Positions 13,801 to 25,150 of a DNA stretch of 50,830 nucleotides are shown piece by piece. Made by a program: the position numbers and the translations under genes. The number at the start of each line of letters is the position of its first letter. Position 1 is the first letter of the stretch. The notes beneath the pieces were generated by a model. That model worked only from the letters and a program-made list of their open reading frames with translations, ran no database searches and had not been told where the DNA came from. Source of the stretch: Nemertoderma westbladi (Eukaryota; Animalia; Xenacoelomorpha); the NCBI GenBank assembly GCA_032718475.1, contig JAUCBJ010007034.1, forward strand, positions 1 through 50,830. Direction: 5' to 3'.

Positions 13801-14982
13801 TAATGTGTCTCCTTGAATTAGATCTTGAGTAGCTCTGCTTATGACCTGACATGATTTTTGATTACCCCAGTATTATTTCCTGTTTAGAGATTTCAATCGA
13901 GTTTTTTTCGAGTTTCGAGTTTTTTCGATTTCTGAATTTTTTGCAGATTTTGTCATTGTGCATCGCCTATACTCGCATTGGCATTTGTTCAAAGGTGTAG
14001 ATATAACAATTCGGTTGATGTGTTATGGATACCCAACCAACATGCTACGCCCTTACCAACTAGTGAAATAACTAATTAAAGAGTTCTTGATGAGAATGAC
14101 ATTGTGTGATGAAATAAGTGAGAATATTATGGAGATCATTTTTATTTCTAGATGGCCCATTCTTTTTCCAGGCTAAAGTAATTACAGAATTAGAAGTTAA
14201 CTAACAGCCAGACACACAACTGGTCTAAATACTACAAATTTACCTATGAATTCTTCCACTTTAAATATCGTGCTTCGTAAAATTCGTTTTTTTTAAACCT
14301 TCTCTCATACATAAGGCAACATTTCACACATAATGGTCAACCTCTAACACACCTCGACAAATTCTCACAAATAAAGACTACCTCTCACACATAGTGACAC
14401 CAGATCTTATAACATAAGATGTTGTCATAACTTCACATATTATATGAAGTTTAGTTGCCACATTAGGTTTCCATATCAAGGTTATCCGATTGTAATATAT
14501 TGTCTTAATGTTATTGAATGTCTTACTTACAAACTCTCAAACTTTCAATAACTATTCCCACAACTATTTATTAAAGTAAAAGCAATTCTTAACACCAACC
14601 ATACCCACCCCCACCCCACCGCCCTGCCCACCCCCCCCCCCCCCCCACCCCAAAAATGCTAATAAGGTTAGAGTCGTGGTGTTTCAAATATATATATTTA
14701 ATTTAAATTAAAAGGAAGGTATATATATGCCCTACCTACACACTTTATAATATTCTTCGGAATATTATATATTCTAAGTTACATACTTTATACTATACAA
14801 TACCGTTATGCCCCATTATTTACTATATTAGTATAATTCAATGCAACCAGTTTGTTAATTAAAGATTTACATTCATTTTCCAGTTTGTTTTGATCGTTTC
14901 AAATCCGCTATTTGATATGTTTGTACAATGGATGACCATGATAAACGACGTGACCATCGTGACAAAATCGTGACGAGATGGT

Positions 14983-15997
14983 TTATGAATTTCTTAGTGC
15001 TACAACTGCTACAACAATCGCCATATCGAACCATTTGTATAAAGAAGATACACATTCAGAACCGCTGTGAATTTGAGTGACGAAAACTCTTTCTTCTTCA
15101 AGTGGTTTGGCAGTGGTTGTAGTTGTAAGTAAACTTTCCTCCCATTTAATAGAGGGGCATGTTCCATTGCAACATTGTGTTTGGCACGATTCATATGTCA
15201 CTGTTAAACCAAAAAAGAAGTGGTTTCGTAGCTTGAACATTATGTTGTCATTCGTATTGGGCTCATCCAAAGTCAGTTGGAGAAATGTTTGACATTGTTT
15301 CTCGTTCATAAGAAAACAATTGGTATCATAACCTATGTAAAAACCTATGGGGTTGTTATCTGCATTGTTCTCTGGATGGATGCATCTTACAAATCAAAAA
15401 AATCAAAATCGTCTTACAAAATCGCCTCCGCTTTGCAGGACATTGCTTTCGCCGTGAGGACCAGCCAGTGCATAATCTTGTACTTTAGCAGCCTCATGGA
15501 GTGAATAAGCATGGTGGACAGCCCATGACTTTCTTGAGACGCATCTTAAAGGACACTGGCCTTAAAGATGCGGATGATCTAGCAAATGTCATGGGTGATA
15601 GGGAGTTGTGGCGGCGCAATTTTGTTGACAAGCCGGCACAGCATTCTTAAAAATGCAGCTGCAATGCAGCATGCCGATCCTAGTAGTAGTAGTAGTAGTA
15701 TCTTACAAATAACCATTCAAACATGGCTTCATCGCCATTTTTGTTTTTCCAGATAAATCGATAGTGGATTTGGCCGCAGACAGAGCAATCCTCAACAGGA
15801 AATGGTCCATAATCGAATGTAACTTTATTACTTTCTTCCAACTTTGCAACTTTGGCTCTTAATTCAATCAAAAATGCATTGTTAAAGGAACTGATATTAT
15901 ACCAGTTCTCATGATAGCATGTGAGGCAATAACACAAGTTCATCATGTGAACTGAAATGTTTACAAGATAGAGAAATATGCCTTTGAAGTTGTCCAT
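14983..15997 (-). pseudogene. Intronless Ly6/uPAR (three-finger, quiver-like) putative GPI-anchored protein gene disrupted by a LINE insertion
   Basis: Removing 15395-15699 plus one TSD fuses ORFs 15680-15997 and 14983-15309 in frame into 232 aa: hydrophobic N-terminus, LTCY, several Cys, CQTQCCNGTC, poly-Thr stalk, SGS and a hydrophobic C-tail. The family call is motif-based only. Confidence 0.6.
15395..15699 (+). mobile_element. 5'-truncated RTE/RTEX-type LINE 3' end with (TAG)n tail
   Basis: Encodes NRLRFAGHCFRREDQPVHNLVL..DTGL..MGDRELWR; 11-bp TSD ATCTTACAAAT at 15384-15394 and 15700-15710. Confidence 0.85.
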
Positions 15998-16283
15998 CGT
16001 GTATTATGGCAAGACCGTTGGTTGTTAATTAAATTCAATAGAACAAATATAATCCTATACAAATACGTGAATTTTACTACCTAAGTTAAATACAATACAA
16101 AGTGTTATAAATTTGAATAGTTAATGGAATTGTTGGGACCTATTTTGTTGAGGTGATAAATAAGTCTTCTCCAAAGTGATACAATAATAGTTATTTTGTT
16201 TCAATGCCTAATATTGAGATTGTACAATACCTTATTGTGGTTCAGTAAGCATTGTATTTTATGGTCCTGAGCAACATGCTGAT

Positions 16284-17520
16284 TGTAAAAGCTTCTGTGG
16301 GATATAACTGGCCCTTTTGCTTCGCAATCCAGTTTCCCCCCAGGCGCTGGAATACTCTAAAAGGCTCTCTAACTATATATATATTCCCCTCGCCCGCAAG
16401 GTACCGTTATAGGTGTTTTAACGGACATAAAAGTCATTCTTCTATATACGTGTTTTGGCGGACATGGTAAGGCAAAAAACCCTCAATGCACCAAATACCT
16501 TTACACAGCTTAGCCTTGATGATTCAGATTACGACATCTAACAGCTGGTTGCTGACATGGGAACAGCCATTGGACACATGGTTCTTTGTTTAGCTTAAGC
16601 CAATCAGAGCGATTTTTTCTGTCGATGTGGAGATATTCGGCCGATCATACTAGGAGTGTTCAGTCTTACTGTTTTTCTTGATACTGTTGTGTTGTTGCTA
16701 TCTAGGCCAGGAACACCGGCTCTAGAGTCAATTCGTTTCAGACTTTAGAAGAAACATTAGTAGGCTTAAGATTATAGAGCGTATAACTGTTATCGGTCCA
16801 TATCAGTACATTGTCATATCATATCTTAACCTACCGTCTTAATGGTTTGCTGTTGTTTGGTTGAATATTATTTGGAGAACATTTATAAAGAACCCAAATT
16901 TCCCAATTTTCTTGATACACTACAGGTTAGAGAGACGGGTTATATATAGCGATTGCGACTTATATTATTGTGGTTTGTAGTGAATTTAATGCTATTTGAT
17001 AAGCACTACATGAATCCGTTGCTGTTCTCTTTATATATGATAAAATTCATTGACGGTCGGCAAATTAGTGAGCAGTATTGTGTGTTACCGGTAGTGTGCA
17101 TGATTGTGACTGATAACTAAGCATTTCCTAAAGAATGCGCCTCATACGTGAATCATAAGCCTTACCGACTTACCGTTGTGATTAGTATAAGTCATATCTC
17201 TGTTTACCTAGATAGAGCGCCACGTCCAAAAGGAACTGTTAATATTTCCCGAAAGTGAATAATATTAGTCAGAAATTATTTATTAACGTTCAATCGAATA
17301 ATACAATACAGTAAGCTTACACTGCAATAATAATCTAAGCCCTCAGAATCCAGTCTCCCGGGTATATCCAGCGGGTGAATGGACGCGCACCAGGCTGGCT
17401 TCTGCTAATGTTGTGTTTATTGGTATTAAATATTTGTCAACTTCTAAAGTATATTTATAAACCAAAAGACATATAAATTTTGGCAGGTTAAACTGCTAAA
17501 GGTCTTCAAAAGCGCGTACA
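16284..17520 (+). repeat. 5' LTR of outer element
   Basis: TGTAAAA...GCGTACA; about 3 substitutions seen versus 43209-44445. Confidence 0.96.
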
Positions 17521-17531
17521 ATAACAGTTAT
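17521..17531 (+). promoter_or_regulatory. Non-tRNA primer-binding position of outer element (ATAACAGTTAT)
   Basis: Abuts the 5' LTR, lacks TGG, and is the exact reverse complement of LTR 16783-16793. Confidence 0.6.
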
Positions 17532-17566
17532 TGTCTTTATTTGCAGTAAGCAATAAAGTTGAAAGT

Positions 17567-17712
17567 ACCGGTCGACCAGTAAACCTGAACCGGTACTTCT
17601 GTAGGTCAGTAGGCCCAACTGCCAGAACCGGTACTGCTGTAGGTCCGTAGGTCCAACTGCCAGAACCGGTACTTCTGTAGGTCCGTAGGCCCAACTGTCC
17701 TAACCGGTACTT
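17567..17712. repeat. 38-bp tandem repeat in outer leader
   Basis: ACCGGTAC at 17589, 17627, 17665 and 17703, plus ACCGGT at 17567. Confidence 0.9.
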
Positions 17713-17875
17713 CCAGTATAAGTACATTAGTATTATTCGATTTTGATTATTGTATACTGGTAGGTCTTAGTATTTAATCAGGGACGGCCGCCCTGGTTTT
17801 TTATTGAGATTCTACTTATTTCTGTCGGTTTTATTTACATGTAAGTTAATATTGAGCTGAAGACGTGTAAGTCTG

Positions 17876-18462
17876 CTCAGATTGTTCAGATAATTGTAGG
17901 CCGGACTGTTGTCGGATTGTTGTTGGGTTTGGAGAGATTACTGCGTGTGTAGAGTTTGTCCGATAGAGTGCCAGTTAGTAAGTTGGGGCAGCCATAGCTG
18001 TAAGGTCAATCCCCTCTTAAAGAATAAGTCGTACTACCGTGTTAGAACGCATACTAACTAACCATTTTGGAATCTGCACATACTGTAGTTTATTTAGGCT
18101 TGACAGTATTCTGCCAACGTTTTGGCCTGTGTTTGTTTGTGTGGTCTGTTCAGGTACCGTAATAGTTATTACTCAGATATTTTGTAGGCTGGATTGTTGT
18201 CTAGCTATTATTAGGTCTGAAGAGATTGCTGCGTGTGTAGAGTTTGTCTGATAAAGTGCCAGTTAGTAAGTTGGGGCAGCCATAGCTGTAAGGTCAATCC
18301 CCTCTTAAAGAATAAGTCGTACTACCGTGTTAGAACGCATACTAACTAACCATTTTGGAATCTGCACATACTGTAGTTTATTTAGGCTTGGTGGTAGTCT
18401 GCCAGCATTTGGTTTGTATTTGTTTGAGTATTCTGTACGGGTAGCGTAATATTTATTATTCA
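17876..18462. repeat. ~288-bp tandem duplication in outer leader
   Basis: GAGATT.CTGCGTGTGTAGAGTTTGTC...TTTAGGCTTG blocks at ~17934 and ~18222. Confidence 0.9.
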
Positions 18463-18855
18463 GAGTTTATGCGATTATTCGCAACATTCATGTCCCCAAG
18501 TTTATTCCTACAGTAATTGTGTTTGTTACACATACCGTTATAGTTAAATTAACCCCGGTACTACACGGGCTGCTTGGCGTAGGAAAAGACTGGTGACTTT
18601 GTGCTCCGGTCACTCCAGCAGATGCCGCGGTTCTTTTAACTGTTCAAGTATATTTAACTACTGATTATTTGTTGTACCAGTACTTGTACCTAATTTAGGG
18701 TTTAGTGTACAGTGCTTTCCGAAGGTAATTAGTGTGTAGGCAGTATATTTGTGTTGTAAAGTGGTTAATAGGCACGTTGGATCTGGTAGTCCGCGGTAAT
18801 TAACTTCCAGGTAGGAACACTCCGTGATACATAACGTAGTACCTATAGCGATACG

Positions 18856-21122
18856 TGTAAGGGTCCAGTAGTATACCGCTTACCAGATCCTAGTAACGAT
18901 GTATCTTACTATGAGACTCTAGTAATGTATACGGGCTTGTACAGTATCTGACAACAAATCCCAGTCCAGGATATCTAAACAAACAGATACAATACACAAA
19001 CGACTACTGGCGAGGAACAGAGCCTTGTATCTATTCTATGTACGTGAGCGGGTCTAATGCCTACGTACTAGACAGAAGGATACCTGTCCTCTAACCGGTG
19101 AGGCAGATGTACAGTTACAGTAACAGACCAAACTCACGGGAAAACAATCCCCGCGCAGCGAATCCTAACTATCACTGACACTCCTAAATACAGTAACTTG
19201 CCGCGGTGTGATTTATATGGTTTATATACGAGCTAGGTGGTTAACAGACCTAGTGTAACAACACTGACAGTCCTAAATCAGTCGAAAAGGGGTCGTGCCT
19301 AAATGTAACAATAACTGATCCCCCTGTACGAAATCAGTCTAAAGGGTCAGGCCTAAATGTAACAATAACTGCTGGATAGAAATCAACAGTTTAATAACGA
19401 AAGTGAAATACTCCTTATCGCCACAACTAAATCAGATCCTAATTTTACAAATACAGATAATTTCCACCTAAAGTAATGTATAGTGCGCTATAGCTAGTAG
19501 AACTTTAAGGGCAATATGTTTTAGGGCGTGTGTGTGTGGGTGTGTTACAAATAAAACAATTTCGTGTAATTCCTTTTACTAGGTTTTAGTGATTTTCTGA
19601 CTAAATGATACCGTGCGCTAGCTACTAAAATAAACTAGTCGCGTTTGTAGAACTTTATACTCACGAATGATGTCAAAGCTCTCTCCTTCCTATCCACAAC
19701 CCAATGGGCAACCACAGTGTTAGTAACTACACCCGTGATCGGCACTAATACCAGATTCTGGTTGTAAGATAAGAATAGGGGTTAATCGCTACCGTACGTT
19801 AGCTGATCTGGTATACTAATTTAATTCTAGAACTTTGTTGCTGCGGTAGTTAGCAGCAATACCTATCAGTACGTGGCAAGGCGCGGTAGGATATTAATAA
19901 AACCTCCCTAGGCCAAGCAGTGTGCCGGTAGCAGAAATGCTCCTTGCCTGATCAAATAGCTAACTCCAGACAGGGGGGGGGGGGGGGGGTACTAATGTAC
20001 GTTCTACAAAGCGAACCGGTACCAAACAGTCAGTGCTATGAATCACTAAATTATGGAACATATGATGTCCGTACCTAATATGTACTCGCGTACTGACGAA
20101 TGGCAATAGTTCGCACCTGTAGGAAGTACAGGTTAACCCAGGGATTCGTAGGACTTGACAAGGGGGGGTGTCTGGATATAATTATTTGATCCTAAATTTG
20201 CGGCGTCCAGTACGGTGTCACGCTTACCCTGATCTATAGGTCTTACGGCGGGCAAGGGCGTCGAACAAAGTCTTACCTTCTCACAAAGCGGGCGCTGCAT
20301 AGCAAGTGGAGTATTTCGAAGGGCAAAGGGGGTGCGCGGTCAATCCAATGTGGGCGCTAGCGTGTTGTGGACATCCCTTCCCTGCGTTGCTTACGGCCTA
20401 ACGGTCTAGGCTGCCATCTCCCTGATGTTCGGCTGTCCCGAAGTTGGACCAAAAGAAAACATGTCAGGAATTTGCAGTATATTTACAGTTTTACAAAAGG
20501 ATTTATCAAATAAAGTTTCAACAAGAAACCGAAATAAACTAATAACAATTTAGGAATTTGCAAGAGTAAGTGATAACGTAACGTGATATTAGGTGATAAC
20601 CGAAGGCAAACCGGCCTTTTTATACTAGAAATTGCACATGGAAACTAAACAGAATTTTCCACAGCTTCACAATTGAGCAATGAAGTGCTTCGTGCCCTAT
20701 GATTGGCCCAGCTCATCGTTCAACGCAGTCCGGCCCTTACACTAATCTGGGACATGGAATCCTAACAGAATTTTCCACTGCCTCACATTTGAGCAATAAG
20801 ATAATTTATGCCCTATGATTGGCCTGGCTCATCATTCGCTACGCTGTACGCTTCTCATTGGCCTACCAATTAGCACCACACGAAAATAAATGGCCCCAAA
20901 ATACAAATTTCCCGACTGGGATTCGAACTCGTAACCTATGTAATGTAACCAACGCCTTAACCATCTGACCACTACGCCACGAGAGTACCTAAGGGTTTTA
21001 TGTGTACAAATATGAATAGGCATATTACATTACTGTAACTCAATCAAAATACGTCGGATTTTCGAAAGTTTTTACGTTAAAGTTAAACTACAAATGCTAT
21101 CTTATAGTGAAATAATTCATCA
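18856..21122 (-). repeat. 3' LTR of inner element (2267 bp)
   Basis: Near-identical to 32697-34959: about 4 substitutions, a 1-nt indel and G17 versus G14. Confidence 0.97.
20911..20978 (-). other. tRNA-like A/B-box cassette in inner 3' LTR
   Basis: GTGGTCAGATGGTTAAGGC ... GAGTTCGAATCCC followed by TTTT; acceptor and T stems do not pair. Confidence 0.6.
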
Positions 21123-21137
21123 CCGCTCCATGAAAAC
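21123..21137 (-). promoter_or_regulatory. PPT-position sequence of inner element (GTTTTCATGGAGCGG)
   Basis: Directly precedes the TG of the 3' LTR; same GGAGCGG end as the outer element. Confidence 0.8.
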
Positions 21138-21587
21138 AGTAAGTAAGGCTGTTTTCACCAATCGAAATATAAAATATTTACAAACTATTTCTAAATTTAC
21201 TGGTAGGGCCTAAAATATAAAATATAATCACTATCTAATTATTGCATACTTAATATTGCAGATACGGCGTAAATACAATCGATCGTACATACAAATACAA
21301 ATTTACTAATTAACTTTAGTGCCTAAAATACAAAAAAGGCTTTCGGTTATCAAGATAAACAAATTAAACAAATCAGAACAAATAAATCAAACAAATCAAA
21401 CAAATAAATCAAACTCTTTCGATAAATCTTTATATATTGTAAATATACATAATAAACCTTCACCAAATTAAATCAGTCCAAATATAATATAAACATAATG
21501 CGCTAATAACTTTCAAATAAGTCTTAAAGAGTCCTCCTGACGATCTTAAAAGTTCGTCCTGCTGGTCTGGATATCTTCTCCTGAGCA

Positions 21588-22231
21588 CTAATTGCTAACG
21601 GTAGGCTCGCAAGCCTTCCTTTCCATATCTCGCCCTTCCAAACCCAACGTCCGATATAAATACCCAAATATAATATCCAAATATAAAATATCCAATATAA
21701 CATCCAAATATAATATCTGAATATAATATCTGAATATAATATCCTTTCTTCTCGCTTTCCTATTCCTTGGCCGACCGGGCTCGTCCACGTCCTCTATTGC
21801 GATTGGGTGGTGGTCGAGGTCGAACTGGGCTCGGACTTCGGCGTCGAGTTGTCGGTGGTTCCAAAACGCTAGGAAAGGGGACGACGGGAGATGAAACGAC
21901 CGCCTTCTTGGTAACGCAGACTTTGGTGGTTTGGGCAACGCGCTAATATCGGTTCGGGGTTCTCGCAAACGTCGCTGGCGTCGCATAACGCATCGTAGGG
22001 GTACAACGCTTTGAACTCCGCGCGTAACTCCTCCGCTGTTTTGTTATAAGCGTCCAATCGCTGTCGCGTGACGTTTGGATCCGCCTTGGATTTAGCAAGC
22101 TTGGCTGTACTCCTAGCCATACTCTCCACTCCAAACGGGTTAAAGTTTTGGTCCCATATCGGTTGAACGGCGCCTGGTGCTCCTATTCCTGCGTGGATCT
22201 TTGATAATAGTGTTTCTACTAGAGGAAGCAC
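21588..22231 (-). CDS. Candidate accessory coding region downstream of pol (overlapping ORFs 21869-22231 and 21588-21986), unknown function
   Basis: GC-rich open frames in an AT-rich 3' region, preceded by CTAAC, a pyrimidine tract and AG (exon start 22218); basic motif RPRNRKARRK. Confidence 0.4.
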
Positions 22232-22910
22232 AAACAGAGGTTAGATGTGAGGTGACTTAGAGTTTGTCGGCTTTTGGCTCAACTCTGCTCTAAACCCCAA
22301 CCCATTTGCCTAATGACTTCGGGTTCGCGTGATTTCGCACTGGCCCCTAATCCAAAAAATTGTGCCGATAAAAAACGAATTCCGGGTAAACTAGCCGTGA
22401 GTCTAAAATACTCACCTTTTAATTTCCCCGCTACTTCCCAAAGAAAATAATGCAGTCGAGAATTAATTCGGTCTAAATAATAGTAGACACGACTACGTAG
22501 AACAAGGCCGATTTTCTTTTCCAAAAAAAAAATTTATCGGTAGGCTCGCAAGCCTTCCATCCGCTCTTGTCCTCCCCAATTTCAATTTTATCTAGCTGTA
22601 TTCTAGAATTTGCTTTCACTGGAGAATCGTTTTTCTTAAATTTAAATCCAAACAAATGGATTTGTCTAATAATTTTTGAAAAATTGTCTCACTTGTGGGT
22701 TCCAAGTGGAATTCCATTCCTACTGTACACACAATCCCGCTCCTATGTGATACATAAGGGTACTACCCTCCATGTTCACGTATAAAGACAATGGAATTCC
22801 ACCGCTGTCTCTATCTACAGTGAAGAGGATTACAAATGCACGTACAGTAATACAAATACAAATAACTAAAATACAGTAGGTCTATGTGGCGGCCAACAAA
22901 GGTCCCACAT

Positions 22911-24926
22911 CTATTTACTAATATTGGGTGGAGATTTGTAGTCTCCCGTCTCGTTTCTAGTCTCTTCAAGGAGTACGAGACGTTGTACAGGCCTGTCTAC
23001 GGTACGTCCGTCGATAGTCCTTACAGTAACTGTCCTCACTACACCAGATGTAGGGTGCGTGGTCAAAATGACTCCAGTCAACCAAAACCGTCTTTTCAGA
23101 TTAGCTTCAGCCAATAAAACATGGTCACCACGTCTTAAACATCGGGTATTTAGATACCAAGAGGTTCTGGTCGAAATAGAGGGCAAATAATATTTCTGCC
23201 ATATTTCCCAGAATTTATTTGCAAGCAATTGAGTGATTTTCCAAGCCTTGTTGCCGTATCCGTCACTATCAACGGGTACCGAAATGGGCAACAATGTCGT
23301 CGGCGCCTGCATAAGCAGGTGCGCTGGTGTCAAGGCAAACTGTACGTCGTTATTGTCTGGGATCAAAGCGATCGGTCTGGTATTTAAGATTGCTTCGATT
23401 TCTATTAGTAACGTCGTTAGTTGGTCGTCTGTCAAGATGTGTTGCGTCGGTACGACTTTAGCCATAGCTGTCTTTATTGAGCCAATCAGCCTTTCCCAAA
23501 CGCCGTCTCTCCACGGACTGTCTGGAGTATTGAAAACCCAAACAATACGGTGAGGACGTAGTTCCTCGGAAATCTGGTTTTGGTCCAATTTTCTCAAAGC
23601 TCTGGTTATCTCGTTCCGTGCACCCACAAAGTTTGTCCCTTGGTCGCAGTATATGGATTTGACCAATCCACGTCTAGCGATAAATCGCCGTAAGGCTAGG
23701 ATAAAGGCATTGGTGGTCAAGTCTGTCACTCGCTCTATATGGACAGCTCTGCTGGCCATGCAAGTGAAGATCAATCCCCAACGTTTTACCTGTACCCTTC
23801 CGCGTTTCGCGATTATGGGTCCAAAACAGTCTATTCCTGTCTCAGTGAAAGGGGGTCTAAACGCCTGTAATCTCGCTAATGGTAGTTCACTCATTTCTTG
23901 GTGTCCTATCCTCGCGTGCACCTTCTTACAAATAATACAGTTCCGTGTTACTGAACTCAGTGCCTTACTAGGTCTAATCAGTACAAACCTCGAACGTAAG
24001 TATGATAGACAGTGGTGTCTACCTACGTGTTTGAGTTGTACATGTGCGTCCAGTATCATAGCGCGCTGTAACTCATGGTGTTGCGGTATGATGATAGGAT
24101 ACCTAAAGTCAAGTGCAAAGTCGATGTTTTGGAGTCTGGACTTGTGACAAAGTAAGCCCCGGTAAATAATCGGACTCCAACTCAAAATCGGTGAAGACTT
24201 AATCTGTTTACCTTGTTTGATCGCTGTGAACTCTCGTGCGAAATATCGCAATTGATAATGTCTAATGATACCAACTTCACAGTGGTCAATTTCCTTTAAG
24301 GTAAGTCTTCTAGGAAAGTCGCGTTTGCCTCTGGCATATTGTCTCAATCGTTTGAGCCATGCTAACTTGCGGCACGCGTCAGTCCATGATCTAGTTAGGT
24401 TCACTATCCTGTCAACGTAAGTGTTAGTGACGTCATCGGGTAAGGTGTAGTCGTAGTGTGGATACTTGTCTGGACTTGGTAGGCCCACGGGCCTTCCGGT
24501 AGGTTTGTCTGAGTCCCCAAGTACGTCAATCTCTACGGTCTTACCTTTGCCGTCCGCACCTAATATGTTGACTGGCAGTAATGGTTTCAACTCTACAGTG
24601 TCAGTGTGTTCCTGTGAGCTTGTAAGCTTCCTAACCTTAGTCACCACTTTACCTGTAGGTAAGTCAAGTACCTTCTTCGAGCGGAGTGTAATCCCTGTGG
24701 CCACACCTTTGTCGTCCAAAGAAGTCAAATTTGGTAAGTCTCTAAAAGTCCGCTCCAATGGGTCTTCTAATGGAGTGTCTAGTAGACAGTCTGGTGAAGC
24801 GTCTGGTGAACAGTCTGGTGAGACGTCTGGTGAGACATAGCGCGGAACATCCGGCGAAATGTCCTGTCGTCGGTCCCAAAGTCTGTCTAGTGTATCTTCC
24901 GTCAGAAAGTCTGGTTCAAAGTCTGG
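22911..24926 (-). CDS. Inner pol segment: linker and integrase
   Basis: HVQLKH..CIIC zinc finger, GIDCFGP, CDQGTNFVG, GVWERLIG, RPVQRL; the frame extends upstream of 24758 to a +1 frameshift near 24927. Confidence 0.93.
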   Translation of the reverse strand, partial: PDFEPDFLTEDTLDRLWDRRQDISPDVPRYVSPDVSPDCSPDASPDCLLDTPLEDPLERTFRDLPNLTSLDDKGVATGITLRSKKVLDLPTGKVVTKVRKLTSSQEHTDTVELKPLLPVNILGADGKGKTVEIDVLGDSDKPTGRPVGLPSPDKYPHYDYTLPDDVTNTYVDRIVNLTRSWTDACRKLAWLKRLRQYARGKRDFPRRLTLKEIDHCEVGIIRHYQLRYFAREFTAIKQGKQIKSSPILSWSPIIYRGLLCHKSRLQNIDFALDFRYPIIIPQHHELQRAMILDAHVQLKHVGRHHCLSYLRSRFVLIRPSKALSSVTRNCIICKKVHARIGHQEMSELPLARLQAFRPPFTETGIDCFGPIIAKRGRVQVKRWGLIFTCMASRAVHIERVTDLTTNAFILALRRFIARRGLVKSIYCDQGTNFVGARNEITRALRKLDQNQISEELRPHRIVWVFNTPDSPWRDGVWERLIGSIKTAMAKVVPTQHILTDDQLTTLLIEIEAILNTRPIALIPDNNDVQFALTPAHLLMQAPTTLLPISVPVDSDGYGNKAWKITQLLANKFWEIWQKYYLPSISTRTSWYLNTRCLRRGDHVLLAEANLKRRFWLTGVILTTHPTSGVVRTVTVRTIDGRTVDRPVQRLVLLEETRNETGDYKSPPNISK

Positions 24927-25150
24927 TAGAGACGTCCGGTAGACATTCTGTCGAGAGTTCCATCAAACAATCTGGCGAACAATCCGGAGAACAATCTGGT
25001 GTCTCTTCTGGTGAATAGTCTGGCGAGTAATCTGGTGAACAATCCGGCGAAACGTCTGGTGAAATCTTCTGCGGAACATCCGGCGAAGGATTCGTACAAG
25101 CGTCTGGTCGAGTGTCTGGCGAGACGTCTGGCGTAATGTCAGGTCTGGCG
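24760..25150. repeat. Degenerate 12-bp coding minisatellite (SPDx repeats) between RNase H and integrase
   Basis: TCTGGTGAA/TCCGGCGAA iterations translating as SPDV/SPDC/SPDY. Confidence 0.85.

Noticed and set aside
15432-15445. Identical 5' truncation point of the two RTE copies, implying a defined SINE-like unit
   Set aside because: The left copy extends further, to 15395 (NRLRFAGHC), as shown by its TSD
20911-20978. Functional tRNA gene or self-encoded tRNA primer in the LTR
   Set aside because: Acceptor, anticodon and T stems do not pair, and its 3' end is not complementary to the post-LTR sequence
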